Origin: an uncultured delta proteobacterium | GTDB lineage: Bacteria; Myxococcota_A; Polyangia; Palsa-1104 | Length of the DNA stretch: 64,000 bases | Direction of reading: 5' to 3' | NCBI GenBank assembly: GCA_963785725.1 | Contig: CAWAWS010000035.1 | Span: 1-64,000, forward strand | In this document: positions 9,259 to 21,103 of the stretch, piece by piece | Layout: each line of letters opens with the position of its first letter | Position numbering within the stretch: position 1 is the first letter of the stretch | Notes under the pieces: model-generated | Told to the model about the DNA's origin: nothing | What the model saw: the letters and a program-made list of their open reading frames with translations, nothing else | Databases searched by the model: none | Program-made: the position numbers and the translations under genes

Positions 9259-10378
9259 TTACGGGCTCGCGCTGAGCTTGCAGCTGCCGCCGCTGACGAC
9301 GCAGAGCATGCCGGCGCACGGATCGTCGGCCAGCGTCACCATGCGATCGCCGGCGGCGTCGAGCAGCTGGCCCGCGCCGACCGTGCTGACGCCGACGCGC
9401 GGGCTCAAGTCGTCGAACGGGCCGCCGGCGTTGCTGCCGCCCGGCGGCCGCGCGGTCAACACGAGCTGCTCCAGCGTCACCGGCGTCGTGCCCGGGTTCT
9501 CGTAGGCGGCGCTGACATGCAAGTCGTCGAGCGGGCTGAACCAGGCCGCGTTCAGCTGCGGTGGCGCCGTCGCCACGAGCGCCGTCGTGTCGGTCCCGCC
9601 AACCGTAAACGTCGTCTCCGGCCCATCGTGCACGACGCCGAGCGCGTCGGTCAGGCGGGTAAAGACGGCCCAGTCGCCGACAGCGTCGCCCGCGCCGAAC
9701 GTGCGCGACGAATCGACCGAGACCGTGGCGCCGGCGGCGACGTGACCGGCGGTCACCGCCGAAAAGTCGCGCACGAGGCCCGTCGCGTGCGTGGCGCCGG
9801 GCGGTCGCGCCAAGACTTCGAGGGCGCGCACGTCGAGCGCGGCGGTCGCGTCGTTGCCGTATTGCGTCGTCGCCCGCAGCGTGTCGCCCGCTTGAACGCG
9901 CGCATGATCGAGCGTCAACGGCTGGCGCGGATCGACGCGCGGGCGCGCGCTGCTTGCCGTCGTGCACGAAGAAGCCGACCGGCTTGCCGTCGTAAAAGGC
10001 GCCGGCCGAGTCCTGCCAGGTCGCGTAGGCGTACCAGCTCATGCGCGACATACAGACGCAGGCGGCGCGATCGTGAATGCGCGCGGCGCCGTAAGCCAAA
10101 GGGACGGCATCGCTGTCGACGGCTTCGAGGACGATCCACTCGCCCTCCTCGGCCTGACCGAGCTGCAGCTGCGACGCGCGATCGACGGCGGTGGCGTCGG
10201 CGGCGGCGAGCGCCGTGCCGTCGGCGGCGCGGACTTCGGCGTGCAGCGCGCCACCGGCCAGCGCCGCTTTCAGGCCGTCGTCGGGCGTGCACAAGTCGAC
10301 GGTGGGCGCGCGCGTGCAGCCGGCGAAAAGGCCGACGCAGACGAGCCAGCTGGCGAAGTCAGAAGCGCGGCGTGACAT
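9259..10378 (-). CDS. Hypothetical lipoprotein with beta-rich (Ig-like) repeats; +1 frameshift near 9935
   Basis: FAGC lipobox. The N-terminal frame joins ORF 9259-9918 after a one-base shift. Internal ARPPG repeat. Confidence 0.6.
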
Positions 10379-11195
10379 TCCACGAGCCATCGGTCGGACG
10401 CGTCAACGCCCACGCGGTCACGGCGCCGCCGGCGAGCAACGCCGCGCCCAGGCCGAGCGTCACCCAGACCCAAGCGCGCTTGTACGTGGGCGTTCGCGGC
10501 TTTGACGGCGGCGGCGCGACCGCCAATGACGCGCCCAGCTGCGCCACGACGACGGCGTCCGGCACATCGGCGGCGGCGATGGCGCGCGCCTCGCTGCGGC
10601 AGCCTTCGACGCGGCTCAGCTCGACCGTGCCGTCGGCGAGGGCGCGCGCGACGAGCAAGTGGCCGCAGTCGGCGCCGAAGTCGCCGCGCCCGAGCGCCGG
10701 CGTCGCGCCCGCAGCGGCGCGCACGCGCGCCCAAGCGGCGGCCACGCGTGGCGTGTTCTCGGCCGCCGTCAACGTCAACGTCGGATCCCAGCGCAGCGCG
10801 CGACCGAGCAGCGTCGTCGCCTGCGCCGCTTCGCCGCGCGCCAAGCCGATCGACGCCCGCGCCACCAGCGCATGCACCAGCGCCGCCGGATCGTCGACGG
10901 CCAGCGGCGCGCGACTGCCCTGCTCGACCGCCAAGTCATACAGCGCCGCTGCTTCGTCGAGCCGGCCGGCCGCGCTCAGCTCATCGGCGCGACCGACGAG
11001 CGGCGCCAGCGAAAACGGCGGCGCCGCCGCCACGCCGCCGACGGTCGCGCCCAGCCGCAAGACGCGCGCCCGCAGCGCCGCCACGTCGTCACGCCGAGAC
11101 GGCAGCACGCCGACCGTGAACGGCTGCGCCTGCGCCACGACGGACACGCCGAGCAGCGCCAGCACCGTCGCGCAGCGCGACACCGCCGAGGTCAC
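10359..11195 (-). CDS. Hypothetical secreted TPR-like protein with C-terminal TM segment
   Basis: Signal peptide, helical Ala-rich repeats, TM YKRAWVWVTLGLGAALLAGG. Start codon uncertain. Confidence 0.6.
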   Translation of the reverse strand: MTSAVSRCATVLALLGVSVVAQAQPFTVGVLPSRRDDVAALRARVLRLGATVGGVAAAPPFSLAPLVGRADELSAAGRLDEAAALYDLAVEQGSRAPLAVDDPAALVHALVARASIGLARGEAAQATTLLGRALRWDPTLTLTAAENTPRVAAAWARVRAAAGATPALGRGDFGADCGHLLVARALADGTVELSRVEGCRSEARAIAAADVPDAVVVAQLGASLAVAPPPSKPRTPTYKRAWVWVTLGLGAALLAGGAVTAWALTRPTDGSWNVTPRF

Positions 11196-11304
11196 GATGG
11201 ACGGCGCCAGCGACGACGCGCGCGAGCAGTCGGGCACGTCGGCATCGTATGCCAGCCAGCGCCGCGACGGCAAGTCGGCGCCACGCCTGTGCTACGCTGA
11301 AGCG

Positions 11305-12876
11305 GTGGAGCAGCCGCGCTACCTCCTGCACGAGGCCGTCGGTGCTGGAGGAATGGGCGTCGTCTATCGCGGCACGCTCCTCAGCTCCGCCGGCGAGCGC
11401 GCCGTGGCCATCAAGCAGCTCGTCGAGCGCGGCAGCCTCGACCCCAAGTGGCGCGCCCGCCTCATCGCCGAAGCGCGGCTCGTCTTCCAATTGAACCACG
11501 CCAACATCTGCCAAGTGCTCGATTTGGGCGAAGGCGAGCGCGGCACCTTCGTCGTCATGGAGCTGGTGCGCGGCTGCGATTTGCGCGCGCTCATCGAACG
11601 CTTGAACGAGACGCGCCAACGGCTCGACGCGCCGCTGGCCCTCTACGTCGCGCGTGAAGTCGCCCGCGGGCTCGACTACGCGCACCGCTTCACCGACGTC
11701 GCCGGCGCGCCGCTCGGCCTCGTGCATGGCGACGTCACGCCGCAGAACGTGCTCCTCTCCGTCGAAGGCGAGGTCAAGCTGGCCGACTTCGGCATCGCCC
11801 ACGCGCTCGACGAAGCCGCGCCCGGCGCCGGCCTGCGCGCGGGCACGCCCGGCTACACCGCGCCCGAGCTGGCGCGCGGCCACCGCGATCATCGCCTCGA
11901 TATTTACGGTTTGGGCGTGACGCTGCTCGTGGCCTTGACCGGTCAGCCGCCCGAGGACGCGCTGCAGTCCAAGTCGCAGCTGCACGCGCTGCGCCCCGAT
12001 ATTTCGCCGCAGCTGCAGGCGATCTTGCAGCGCGCGACCGAGGCCGATCCCGAGCGGCGCTACCTGTCGGCGGCGGAGCTCGATCGCGAGTTGTCGACGG
12101 AGCTGGCGCGGCGCCATCCGACGTTCACCCCGTCGCAGCTGGCCGAGGTCGTGCGCAAGCTGGCGCCGCAGCGACGGCTCGAGCGCAACAGCCACGACAC
12201 CTTGCGCTCGATGACCGTCGTCGACTTGCAGACGATGGCCGACCACGCGCCGCCGCGTCCGCCGATTCCCGCCCGCGGCACCGAGACCGCCGGGCACACC
12301 GCCGCCGAATCCGCCTGGCGAACGCGTGGGGCGCGCTTGGCGTTGGCCGCCATCGCGCTCGTCGCCGCGACCTCGGCCATGATCGTGGGGCTGCGTCACG
12401 CCCTGAAAGCGCCCGCGGCCGCGTCACCGACTGCGACGGCCGCTCAATCATCGACGGCGCCTCCAGCCTTGCCAGCCGCGGCCGCGGAGTTGCCGGCGCC
12501 CTCGTTGTCGCACGCTGCCGAGCTGCCGGCGCCCGAGCCGGCCGCCGGCGCGCCGAAGGCGCCGGCGAGCGCGCGACCGTCGCGATCGAACGAGCGGCAC
12601 ACGCATGCGACCGCGCCGGCGCGCACGCCGCCGTCGCGCCGTCCGCCGGCGGCGGCAACGACCGCGCCGGCCGCGCTCTTGACCGTCAACGCCAGCCCAT
12701 GGGGCGCCGTGCTCGTCGATGGTCACGAGGTCGCGCCCGAGACGCCGCTCTATCGCCGCGCGCTGCCGGCCGGCGATCATGCCGTCGCCGTCCGCTTCTC
12801 CGACGGCACGACGAGCGCACCCAAGCGCGTCCACCTCGATCCCGGCGAGCTGCGCACGCTCGGCTTCAGCAAATGA
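11305..12876 (+). CDS. Membrane Ser/Thr protein kinase with C-terminal PEGA-like domain
   Basis: GAGGMGVVY, VAIK, VHGDVTPQN, DFG, GTPGYTAPE, then TM and NASPWGAVLVDG. GTG start; the track ORF is over-extended. Confidence 0.88.
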   Translation: MEQPRYLLHEAVGAGGMGVVYRGTLLSSAGERAVAIKQLVERGSLDPKWRARLIAEARLVFQLNHANICQVLDLGEGERGTFVVMELVRGCDLRALIERLNETRQRLDAPLALYVAREVARGLDYAHRFTDVAGAPLGLVHGDVTPQNVLLSVEGEVKLADFGIAHALDEAAPGAGLRAGTPGYTAPELARGHRDHRLDIYGLGVTLLVALTGQPPEDALQSKSQLHALRPDISPQLQAILQRATEADPERRYLSAAELDRELSTELARRHPTFTPSQLAEVVRKLAPQRRLERNSHDTLRSMTVVDLQTMADHAPPRPPIPARGTETAGHTAAESAWRTRGARLALAAIALVAATSAMIVGLRHALKAPAAASPTATAAQSSTAPPALPAAAAELPAPSLSHAAELPAPEPAAGAPKAPASARPSRSNERHTHATAPARTPPSRRPPAAATTAPAALLTVNASPWGAVLVDGHEVAPETPLYRRALPAGDHAVAVRFSDGTTSAPKRVHLDPGELRTLGFSK

Positions 12877-12882
12877 GCGGTC

Positions 12883-14220
12883 ATGGCTGACCAGGTCAAG
12901 CTCGCCACGCGCGTCGACGAGAGCGGCCCTGGTCGCCTCGAGCTCGACGCCGCCGAGCTGCGCGTCGTCGCCGGCCCCGATCGCAACCTCCGCCAGCCGC
13001 TCGACGAGCACGGCCTCGTCATCGGCACCGCCGGCGACTGCGGCCTCGTCCTGCACGATCCGACGGTGTCGTCGCGTCACGCCGAGATCAGCCTCGTCAG
13101 CGATGGCTGGATCGTGCGCGATCTCGGCTCCAAGAACGGCGTGCGCCTGCACGGCTGGCCCATCGAGCGCGCGCCGCTCGCCGCCGGCATGCAGCTGCGG
13201 CTCGGGAAGACGACGCTGCAAGTGCACGCGCTCAAAGGTCGCCACGCCATCGCGCTCGAGCGGCCGGGGCAGTTCGCGGGGCTGGTCGCGCATTCGGTCA
13301 AGATGCGCGCCGTCGTCGCGCAGCTGACGCAGCTCGGGCCGACCGAGACGACGGTGCTGCTCGAAGGCGAGACCGGCTCGGGCAAGGAGCTGGCGGCGCA
13401 GGCGCTGCACGCGGCCAGCTTGCGCGCCGGCGAGCGGCTCGTCGTGTTCGATTGCGGCGCCGTCGCGCCGACGCTGGCCGCCGCCGAGCTCTTCGGTCAC
13501 GATCGCGGCGCCTTTTCCGGCGCGACGCACGATCGCCCCGGCGTGTTCGAAGCCGCGCACGGCGGCACGCTCTTCCTCGACGAGATCGGCGAGCTGCCGC
13601 TCGATCTGCAGCCGCTGCTCTTGCGCGCCATCGAGCAGCGCATGGTGCGGCGCATCGGCGGTCGCCAAGATCGCGTCTGCGACGTGCGCGTCGTCGCGGC
13701 CACGCATCGCAACCTCGCCGAGGAGGTGCGCGCCGGCCGTTTTCGCAAGGATCTCTATTATCGCCTGGCCGTCGCGCGCGTCCGCATTCCGCCGCTGCGC
13801 GAGCGTCCCGAGGACTTGCCGCTGCTCGCGCGCACGTTCGCGGTCGAGCTCGGCGTCGCGCTCGAGCCCGAGCTCATCGCGGTGCTGGCGAGCTACGAAT
13901 GGCCGGGCAACGTGCGCGAGCTGCGCAACCTCATCGCGCGCCAAGCCGCGCAGCCGGCGTCGGCGGCGCAGCTGTTGCGCGAGCAGTCGGCGGCGTCCGC
14001 GACCTCGGCCGATCCGGTGTTCGCCGGCGTCGGGCTGCGCCCGCTGCACGAGGCGCGCACGCACGCCGGCGACGCCTTCGAGCGCCGCTACCTGCTCGAG
14101 GCGCTGGCGCGCGCGGAGGACAACGTCTCGCGCGCCGCCGAGCTGGCAGGCGTCTCGCGTCAGCTGTTCACGCGCCTCATCGCCAAGCACAACCTGCGCG
14201 TCCGCGATCGCGAACCCTGA
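12883..14220 (+). CDS. FHA-domain sigma54-dependent activator (enhancer-binding protein)
   Basis: FHA (IGT...VSSRHA...DLGSKNG), Walker [31 protein letters not shown], Fis-type HTH. Confidence 0.92.
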   Translation: MADQVKLATRVDESGPGRLELDAAELRVVAGPDRNLRQPLDEHGLVIGTAGDCGLVLHDPTVSSRHAEISLVSDGWIVRDLGSKNGVRLHGWPIERAPLAAGMQLRLGKTTLQVHALKGRHAIALERPGQFAGLVAHSVKMRAVVAQLTQLGPTETTVLLEGETGSGKELAAQALHAASLRAGERLVVFDCGAVAPTLAAAELFGHDRGAFSGATHDRPGVFEAAHGGTLFLDEIGELPLDLQPLLLRAIEQRMVRRIGGRQDRVCDVRVVAATHRNLAEEVRAGRFRKDLYYRLAVARVRIPPLRERPEDLPLLARTFAVELGVALEPELIAVLASYEWPGNVRELRNLIARQAAQPASAAQLLREQSAASATSADPVFAGVGLRPLHEARTHAGDAFERRYLLEALARAEDNVSRAAELAGVSRQLFTRLIAKHNLRVRDREP

Positions 14221-14238
14221 CAACGAACCATTGTCACC
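14218..14238. promoter_or_regulatory. Putative activator-binding palindrome
   Basis: TGACAA-N7-TTGTCA perfect inverted repeat about 120 bp upstream of the -24 element. Confidence 0.6.
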
Positions 14239-14333
14239 GGCGCCCAGTGCATAAGCCTCCGAAAGCTATCGTGATTCAGGCATTTCGAGCGGCGACGCCG
14301 GGGCCGCGATCCCCAGCGCGACGGCCCAAGTAG

Positions 14334-15704
<1,371 letters not shown>

Positions 15705-15862
15705 CGCTCCGACCATCGACCGCGGCCCATCGCGCCGAAGGATCCGTCCTCGATTCTGCGTCGTAATCTATCTAAGATGGACGACGGCATTGGAGGGACG
15801 ATGGCGCGGGCGGAGCACCGAGTGCTACGGCGGCAGGCGGTTGGCGCGACGGTGCGGTCGCG

Positions 15863-17920
15863 ATGAGCGCGCCCGAGGCGCCCGACTTTCGCGCCCTCTT
15901 CGAGTCGGCGCCGGGTCTGTATTTGGTGCTGTCACCGCGGCTCGAGATCGTCGCCGTCTCGAACGCCTACTTGCGCGCGACGATGACGGTGCGCGCGGAC
16001 ATCCTCGGCCGCGGGCTGTTCGACGTCTTCCCCGACAATCCCGACGATCTGACGGCGACGGGCGTGAGCAACCTGCGCGCCTCGCTCGAGCGCGTCATCC
16101 TGCATCACTTGCCGGACACGATGGCGGTGCAGAAGTACGACATTCGCCGACCGGAGTCGGAAGGCGGCGGCTTCGAAGTGCGCTACTGGAGCCCGATCAA
16201 CACGCCGGTGCTCGACGCGACGGGCAAGCTCTCCTACATCATCCATCGCGTCGAGGACGTGAGCGAGTTCGTGCGGCTGCGCCATCAAGAGGCGGAGCTG
16301 AGCCAGCTGACCGAGACGCTGCGCTCGAAGGCGGCGCAGATGGAGGCGGAAGTCTATGTGCGCGCGCAAGAGGTGCAGGCGGCGAACAAGCAGCTGCGCG
16401 ACACCAACGACGAGCTGGTGCGCGCGACCCGCGCCAAGTCCGACTTCCTGGCGATGATGTCGCACGAGCTGCGCACGCCGCTGAACTCGATCATCGGCTT
16501 CTCCGAGGTCATCGTCGACGAGAAGTTCGGCGAGCTCAACGCGCGGCAGGCGCGCTACATCGGCAACGTGTTGTCGAGCGGCCGGCATCTGCTCGGCCTC
16601 ATCAACGAGCTGCTCGACTTCGCCAAGATCGAGGCCGGCAAGCTGGAGGTGACGCGGCAGCCGTGCGATCTGCTGGTCATGGCGCGCGAGGCGGTCATGA
16701 CGCTGCAGCCGCTCGCCGATGCGCGGCAGATCGCGCTCAGCGTCGACGAGGCCGACCTGGCCGCGCTGCCGCTCGTCTGCGCCGACCCGTCGCGCAGCAA
16801 GCAAATCTTCTACAACCTCATCTCCAACGCCATCAAGTTCACGCCCGTCGGCGGTCGCGTCGGCATCCACAGCGCGCTCGACGACAGCGGCCGCTTCGTC
16901 CGCGTCCGCATCACGGACACCGGCCCCGGCATTCGCGCCGAAGACGTCGAGCGGCTGTTCAAACCCTTCGTCCAGCTGCAGCGCAACTCCGACAGCACGC
17001 TCGGCGGCACCGGCCTCGGTCTCGCGCTGACGCGGCAGCTGGCGGAGCTGATGGGCGGTCACGTCGGCGTCGAGACCGCGCTCGGCCACGGCTCGACGTT
17101 CTGGATCGAGCTGCCGCTCATGGTCCACTCGACGCCGACGGTGCGCGACACGCCGAGCAACCCGATCACGCTGACGCCGGCGCCGCTGGCGCTCATCGTC
17201 GACGACGACCCGGCGTCGCGCGAGCTGTTCGAGGTCGCGCTGCGCGCCGAAGGTTACCGCACGGCGCTGGCCACGACCGGGGAAGAGGCGCTGGAGGCGG
17301 CGCGACGGCTGCAGCCCGCGGTGGTGCTGCTCGACGTGTTCCTGCCCGGCAAAGACGGCTGGCAGACGCTGGCCGAGCTGCGCGCCGGAGCGACGACGCG
17401 CGACATTCCGGTGGTGATGGCGACGTTCTCCGGCGATCGACAGAAGGCGTTCGGCTTGGGCGCGGTCGATCATCTCGTCAAGCCGATCGACCGACGCGCG
17501 CTGACGACGGCGCTCGATCGCTTCGTGCAGCGTGCGCCGGGCGATCGCATGCGCATCCTGGCGGTCGACGACGATCCGCAGCAGCTGGAGCTGATTCGCG
17601 TCGAGGTCGAGTCGAGCGGCTGCAGCGTGCGCACGGCGGCGACGGCGCGGCAAGGGCTCGACGCCGCGCGCAGCGGCCAGTTCGACCTCATGCTGCTCGA
17701 TCTGATGCTGCCCGATCTGTCGGGCATCGAGGTCGTGGCCGAGCTGCGGCGCGAGGAGCGGACGCGTCAGCTGCCGATCATCCTCATCACGGCGCACGAG
17801 ATCGACGCGGCGACGCGGGCGCGGCTCAACGGGCACATCTCGGCGATCCTCGACAAGACCACGCCGCGCGTGAACGACGTCATGCGCGAAGTGCGCACCG
17901 CGCTGCAGCGGGCGCGTTAG
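15863..17920 (+). CDS. PAS hybrid histidine kinase with two receiver domains
   Basis: PAS, MSHELRTPLN, NLISNAIKFT, DTGPGI, GTGLGL, two VDDD receiver domains. Confidence 0.92.
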   Translation: MSAPEAPDFRALFESAPGLYLVLSPRLEIVAVSNAYLRATMTVRADILGRGLFDVFPDNPDDLTATGVSNLRASLERVILHHLPDTMAVQKYDIRRPESEGGGFEVRYWSPINTPVLDATGKLSYIIHRVEDVSEFVRLRHQEAELSQLTETLRSKAAQMEAEVYVRAQEVQAANKQLRDTNDELVRATRAKSDFLAMMSHELRTPLNSIIGFSEVIVDEKFGELNARQARYIGNVLSSGRHLLGLINELLDFAKIEAGKLEVTRQPCDLLVMAREAVMTLQPLADARQIALSVDEADLAALPLVCADPSRSKQIFYNLISNAIKFTPVGGRVGIHSALDDSGRFVRVRITDTGPGIRAEDVERLFKPFVQLQRNSDSTLGGTGLGLALTRQLAELMGGHVGVETALGHGSTFWIELPLMVHSTPTVRDTPSNPITLTPAPLALIVDDDPASRELFEVALRAEGYRTALATTGEEALEAARRLQPAVVLLDVFLPGKDGWQTLAELRAGATTRDIPVVMATFSGDRQKAFGLGAVDHLVKPIDRRALTTALDRFVQRAPGDRMRILAVDDDPQQLELIRVEVESSGCSVRTAATARQGLDAARSGQFDLMLLDLMLPDLSGIEVVAELRREERTRQLPIILITAHEIDAATRARLNGHISAILDKTTPRVNDVMREVRTALQRAR

Positions 17921-18042
17921 TCGGCGCCGCCGGTCGAGCGCCGCCAACGGCTCCCGCGATCGACCTACCTTTTCCAAAATGGAAACGCCTCGCGAGAAGT
18001 GGGCGGCTAGGCGTGACGCGGCGCACGCGGTACTGACGCGAC

Positions 18043-18693
18043 ATGCGTTTGCACATCCTCGCGTCCTGCGCCTTCGCCGGTCTCACGCTCTGCGCCTCCG
18101 GCTGCGGCGGCGGTAGCGACAAGCACGATGCGCCCGTCGTCGGCGCCGACATGACCATGACGAGCACGGCTGCCGATCTCGCGGTCGTGACGACACCGCC
18201 GGCGGCCGACCTGGCCGCGTCCGACGATCTCGCCGGCACGCCGCCGCCGCCCGCCGACATGACGCCGCCGCCGCCGACGCCGCCCGCCGACATGACGGGA
18301 CCGACGCAGCCGCCGCCGGCCGCGCCGGACATGACCGCGCCCGCGCCGCCGCAGACGCCGACGTTCAGCGCCGACGTGCTGCCCATTCTCAAGAACAACG
18401 GATGCTTCGGCTCCTGCCACATGGGCAACGTGTGGAACGGCGCCGTCGCCGACGCCAACAACGCCGCCGCGCTGGTGACGTATCTGACGACGACGCACAG
18501 CTCGCAGTGCACCACGATGGACTTGGTCACGACGAACGACGCGGCCAACAGCTACCTCTACGAAAAGATCAGCGGCACGTTCCCCAACGCCAAGTGCCAA
18601 TCCGATCCCATGCCCCAAGGCTCGGGCCCGCTGCCCGCGGCCCAATCCGACATCGTCAAAGCCTGGATCAACGCCGGCGCGCTCAACAATTAA
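18043..18693 (+). CDS. Lipoprotein with Pro/DM-rich linker and putative c-type cytochrome domain
   Basis: ASGC lipobox-like motif, FSADVLPIL, CFGSCH, MP...IVKAWINAGA. Confidence 0.65.
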   Translation: MRLHILASCAFAGLTLCASGCGGGSDKHDAPVVGADMTMTSTAADLAVVTTPPAADLAASDDLAGTPPPPADMTPPPPTPPADMTGPTQPPPAAPDMTAPAPPQTPTFSADVLPILKNNGCFGSCHMGNVWNGAVADANNAAALVTYLTTTHSSQCTTMDLVTTNDAANSYLYEKISGTFPNAKCQSDPMPQGSGPLPAAQSDIVKAWINAGALNN

Positions 18694-18809
18694 CGCGCGC
18701 AGCTATTCGTCCGACGCTTTCGACCGCGTCGCCGACGTTGCAACCGCGACTCGCTCCAATATCGCGAAAATGAATATCGAATCCTACAGAACTAACGAGT
18801 TACGCTGAA

Positions 18810-19439
18810 TTACTTACCGGCGGGCGAGCCGTTGTCGGTGCCGTTGCCGGTGCTGTCGATGCGCACGTCGTGCTTGGCGTCGTCGTCGGTCGACAGCTTG
18901 TTGCGCGCCGAGCCGCGGACCTCCACCGGCGCGCCCGTCGACGTGATATCGGCGCGGCGGTTCACCCGCCAGCAGCTGGCGTCATGCGTGCGGCACAACG
19001 GATCCTGCGTGCCGTACTGGATCGTGCTCAGCTGATCGGGTGCGACGCCCGCGGTCTGCAAATAAGCGGCGACGGCATCGGCGCGACGACCGGAGAGCGC
19101 CTGATTCATCTCCTCGGTGCCGCGCTCGTCGGCGTTCCCGGCGACGGTGACGCGAACGTCGCGATGGCTGCGCAGACAGGCCGACAAGTCATTGAGCTCG
19201 GCGCGATTGTTGACGTCGATGGCGTCGGAGTTGGTCGCAAAATGGACCGGCATATCCGCGCAGCTGCTCGCCGACATCGTGTTGTGGCAGCTGCGATCGA
19301 CGCACAGCTGGGTGCTGGAGCAGTCGGCGTCGGCCGCACACTCACTGTGCGCCGTCGGCGCAACCGCGACCATCTTCGTCGGCGGAGCGGCAGCGCACCC
19401 CGCGATCGCGAACAAAGAAACGATTGGCCAAGAACGCAT
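18810..19439 (-). CDS. OmpA/Pal-family lipoprotein
   Basis: IAGC lipobox, GNADERG, NQALSGRRA, NRR. Confidence 0.85.
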   Translation of the reverse strand: MRSWPIVSLFAIAGCAAAPPTKMVAVAPTAHSECAADADCSSTQLCVDRSCHNTMSASSCADMPVHFATNSDAIDVNNRAELNDLSACLRSHRDVRVTVAGNADERGTEEMNQALSGRRADAVAAYLQTAGVAPDQLSTIQYGTQDPLCRTHDASCWRVNRRADITSTGAPVEVRGSARNKLSTDDDAKHDVRIDSTGNGTDNGSPAGK

Positions 19440-19657
19440 CTCACACCTCCCTCTCGCTAGAGGAAATAGGTCTTCGAAGCGGCGTTCACAGTCCGCGGCG
19501 CGACAACCGGGCCATCAACGCAGCCGCGATGCCGAGCCGCGCGACCGTCGTCACCGCGACGAGGGGCGCGCTTTCCACGCCGACGACAGCGACTACGCCG
19601 ATGACAGGATGCGCCGCACAAAGCGCGAGCGATCGCCGGCGACGAACGCGCGCAGCG

Positions 19658-20506
19658 CTACAGCGCCAACACGATCTTGGTCACGTCGTACAACACGTCG
19701 CCGCGCTCGGGCACGCGGACCTTGCGCGCCGTCGCTTCCAACGCCGGCGCCGCCGCGCTCTCGACGTCGATCATCTCGTTGTACGCCCACGCCATCAGCG
19801 TCCGCAGATTCACGGTGTCGTACAAGTTGTACTCGGCGAACAGTCGCATCGCCGGCCGATCGCCCTCGCGCCCGCGACGATAGAGCCAGCACGCGTCCCA
19901 ACCGCCGAGCCGCGCCAGATGCTCGGGCCGCGTCAGATGCAGCGACGCGAGCCGCCGTTCGATCGCCTTGAGCCCGCCTTCATGACCGAGCCGGCGCAGC
20001 ACGTGGCGCAGATCGACGTGACAGCTCGGCGGCCGCCACGCGGGAAACGCGCGCCGCAAGATCGGCACGTCGAACGACGATCCGTTGAACGTCACCAGCA
20101 TCGACCAATCGCGCGCGACCTCGGGAAAGCGCTGCAGGTCGCGCCCGGCCAACAGCAGCCGCGGTCCATCGCGATCGAGAATGCCGATGCACGAGATCCC
20201 CTCGTAGCCGACGACGTCGTCGCTCGTCTCGATGTCGAGATAGGCCGCGTCGTCGCCGAACGCCGCGTACAGCCGCCACTGCTCGCGCGTCGGCATGAGC
20301 GCGGCCACGCCGTCGACGTCGCCGGCCGCCAGCGCCGCGCCCGCCGCGTCGATCGCCGTCCGCAGCGCGCGGTCCACTTTGTCCGTCAGCTTCACGCTCG
20401 CCGGCGCCGCCGCCCAATCGCGCCAGCGCGTCACGCCCGCGCGCCACAGCTGCCGCTCGCGAACCGGCCCGAGCCCCGCGGCCAGCTGAAACGTCGACTC
20501 GATCAT
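19658..20506 (-). CDS. YprB-like RNase H-fold (RNase_H_2) protein
   Basis: YLDIET, VTFNGSSFDVP, HVDL, GGLK, YNLYD. Confidence 0.8.
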   Translation of the reverse strand: MIESTFQLAAGLGPVRERQLWRAGVTRWRDWAAAPASVKLTDKVDRALRTAIDAAGAALAAGDVDGVAALMPTREQWRLYAAFGDDAAYLDIETSDDVVGYEGISCIGILDRDGPRLLLAGRDLQRFPEVARDWSMLVTFNGSSFDVPILRRAFPAWRPPSCHVDLRHVLRRLGHEGGLKAIERRLASLHLTRPEHLARLGGWDACWLYRRGREGDRPAMRLFAEYNLYDTVNLRTLMAWAYNEMIDVESAAAPALEATARKVRVPERGDVLYDVTKIVLAL

Positions 20507-20595
20507 GCGCCGTTTCTTGATGCCACTATTCATTTGTTCAGGCAACACTTAGATCGCGAAACGGCGCGCGACGTCCACATCACGGAAGCGAACGA

Positions 20596-21003
20596 CTACG
20601 ACTTGCCCTTTTGTTGGGCGACCGGCACGCCGGCGTCGTCGTCCTCGCACGCGACCTCGCGCAGCTGGTGAAACTCGTCCTGCAGATCCTGCAGCTCGGC
20701 GTCCGTCGTGTTCTCCAGATCGACGAGCCGATTGCGCGCCGCGTGGGTCGCGCGCAACAGCTCGTCGAGCTTGAGATGGATCGCCTGCGCGTCGCGGTTC
20801 TGCGTGTTTTGAATGAGGAACACCATCAAGAACGTGACGATCGTCGTCCCCGTATTGATGACCAGCTGCCACGTGTCCGAGAAGTGAAAGATCGGCCCCG
20901 AGACCGCCCACACGGCAATGACGAGCACCGCGAGCACGAAGCTGCGCGGCTTGCCCACCGCCGTCGCCGTGTCGCGCGCCAATTGATGAAAGGAGTCATT
21001 CAC
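20596..21003 (-). CDS. Low-affinity iron permease family protein
   Basis: FSDTWQLVINTGTTIVTFLMVFLIQNTQNRD...KLDEL. Confidence 0.88.
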   Translation of the reverse strand: MNDSFHQLARDTATAVGKPRSFVLAVLVIAVWAVSGPIFHFSDTWQLVINTGTTIVTFLMVFLIQNTQNRDAQAIHLKLDELLRATHAARNRLVDLENTTDAELQDLQDEFHQLREVACEDDDAGVPVAQQKGKS

Positions 21004-21015
21004 GATGGCTGAATA

Positions 21016-21031
21016 AGCAAACCGCGCACCA
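21016..21031 (-). promoter_or_regulatory. Putative sigma54 promoter
   Basis: Minus strand TGGTGCGCGGTTTGCT, 14 nt before the GTG at 21003. Confidence 0.6.
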
Positions 21032-21103
21032 CATTCACGGTGGCCGCGCCCCGTCGCCAAAGGCGGGCGCGTGCTTAGACTGAAGGTCCGCGAAGGAGAA
21101 GCC

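Noticed and set aside
19658..20506. YprB-like nuclease as part of a helicase-linked repair or defence system
   Set aside because: No helicase or defence partner gene is adjacent in this window.
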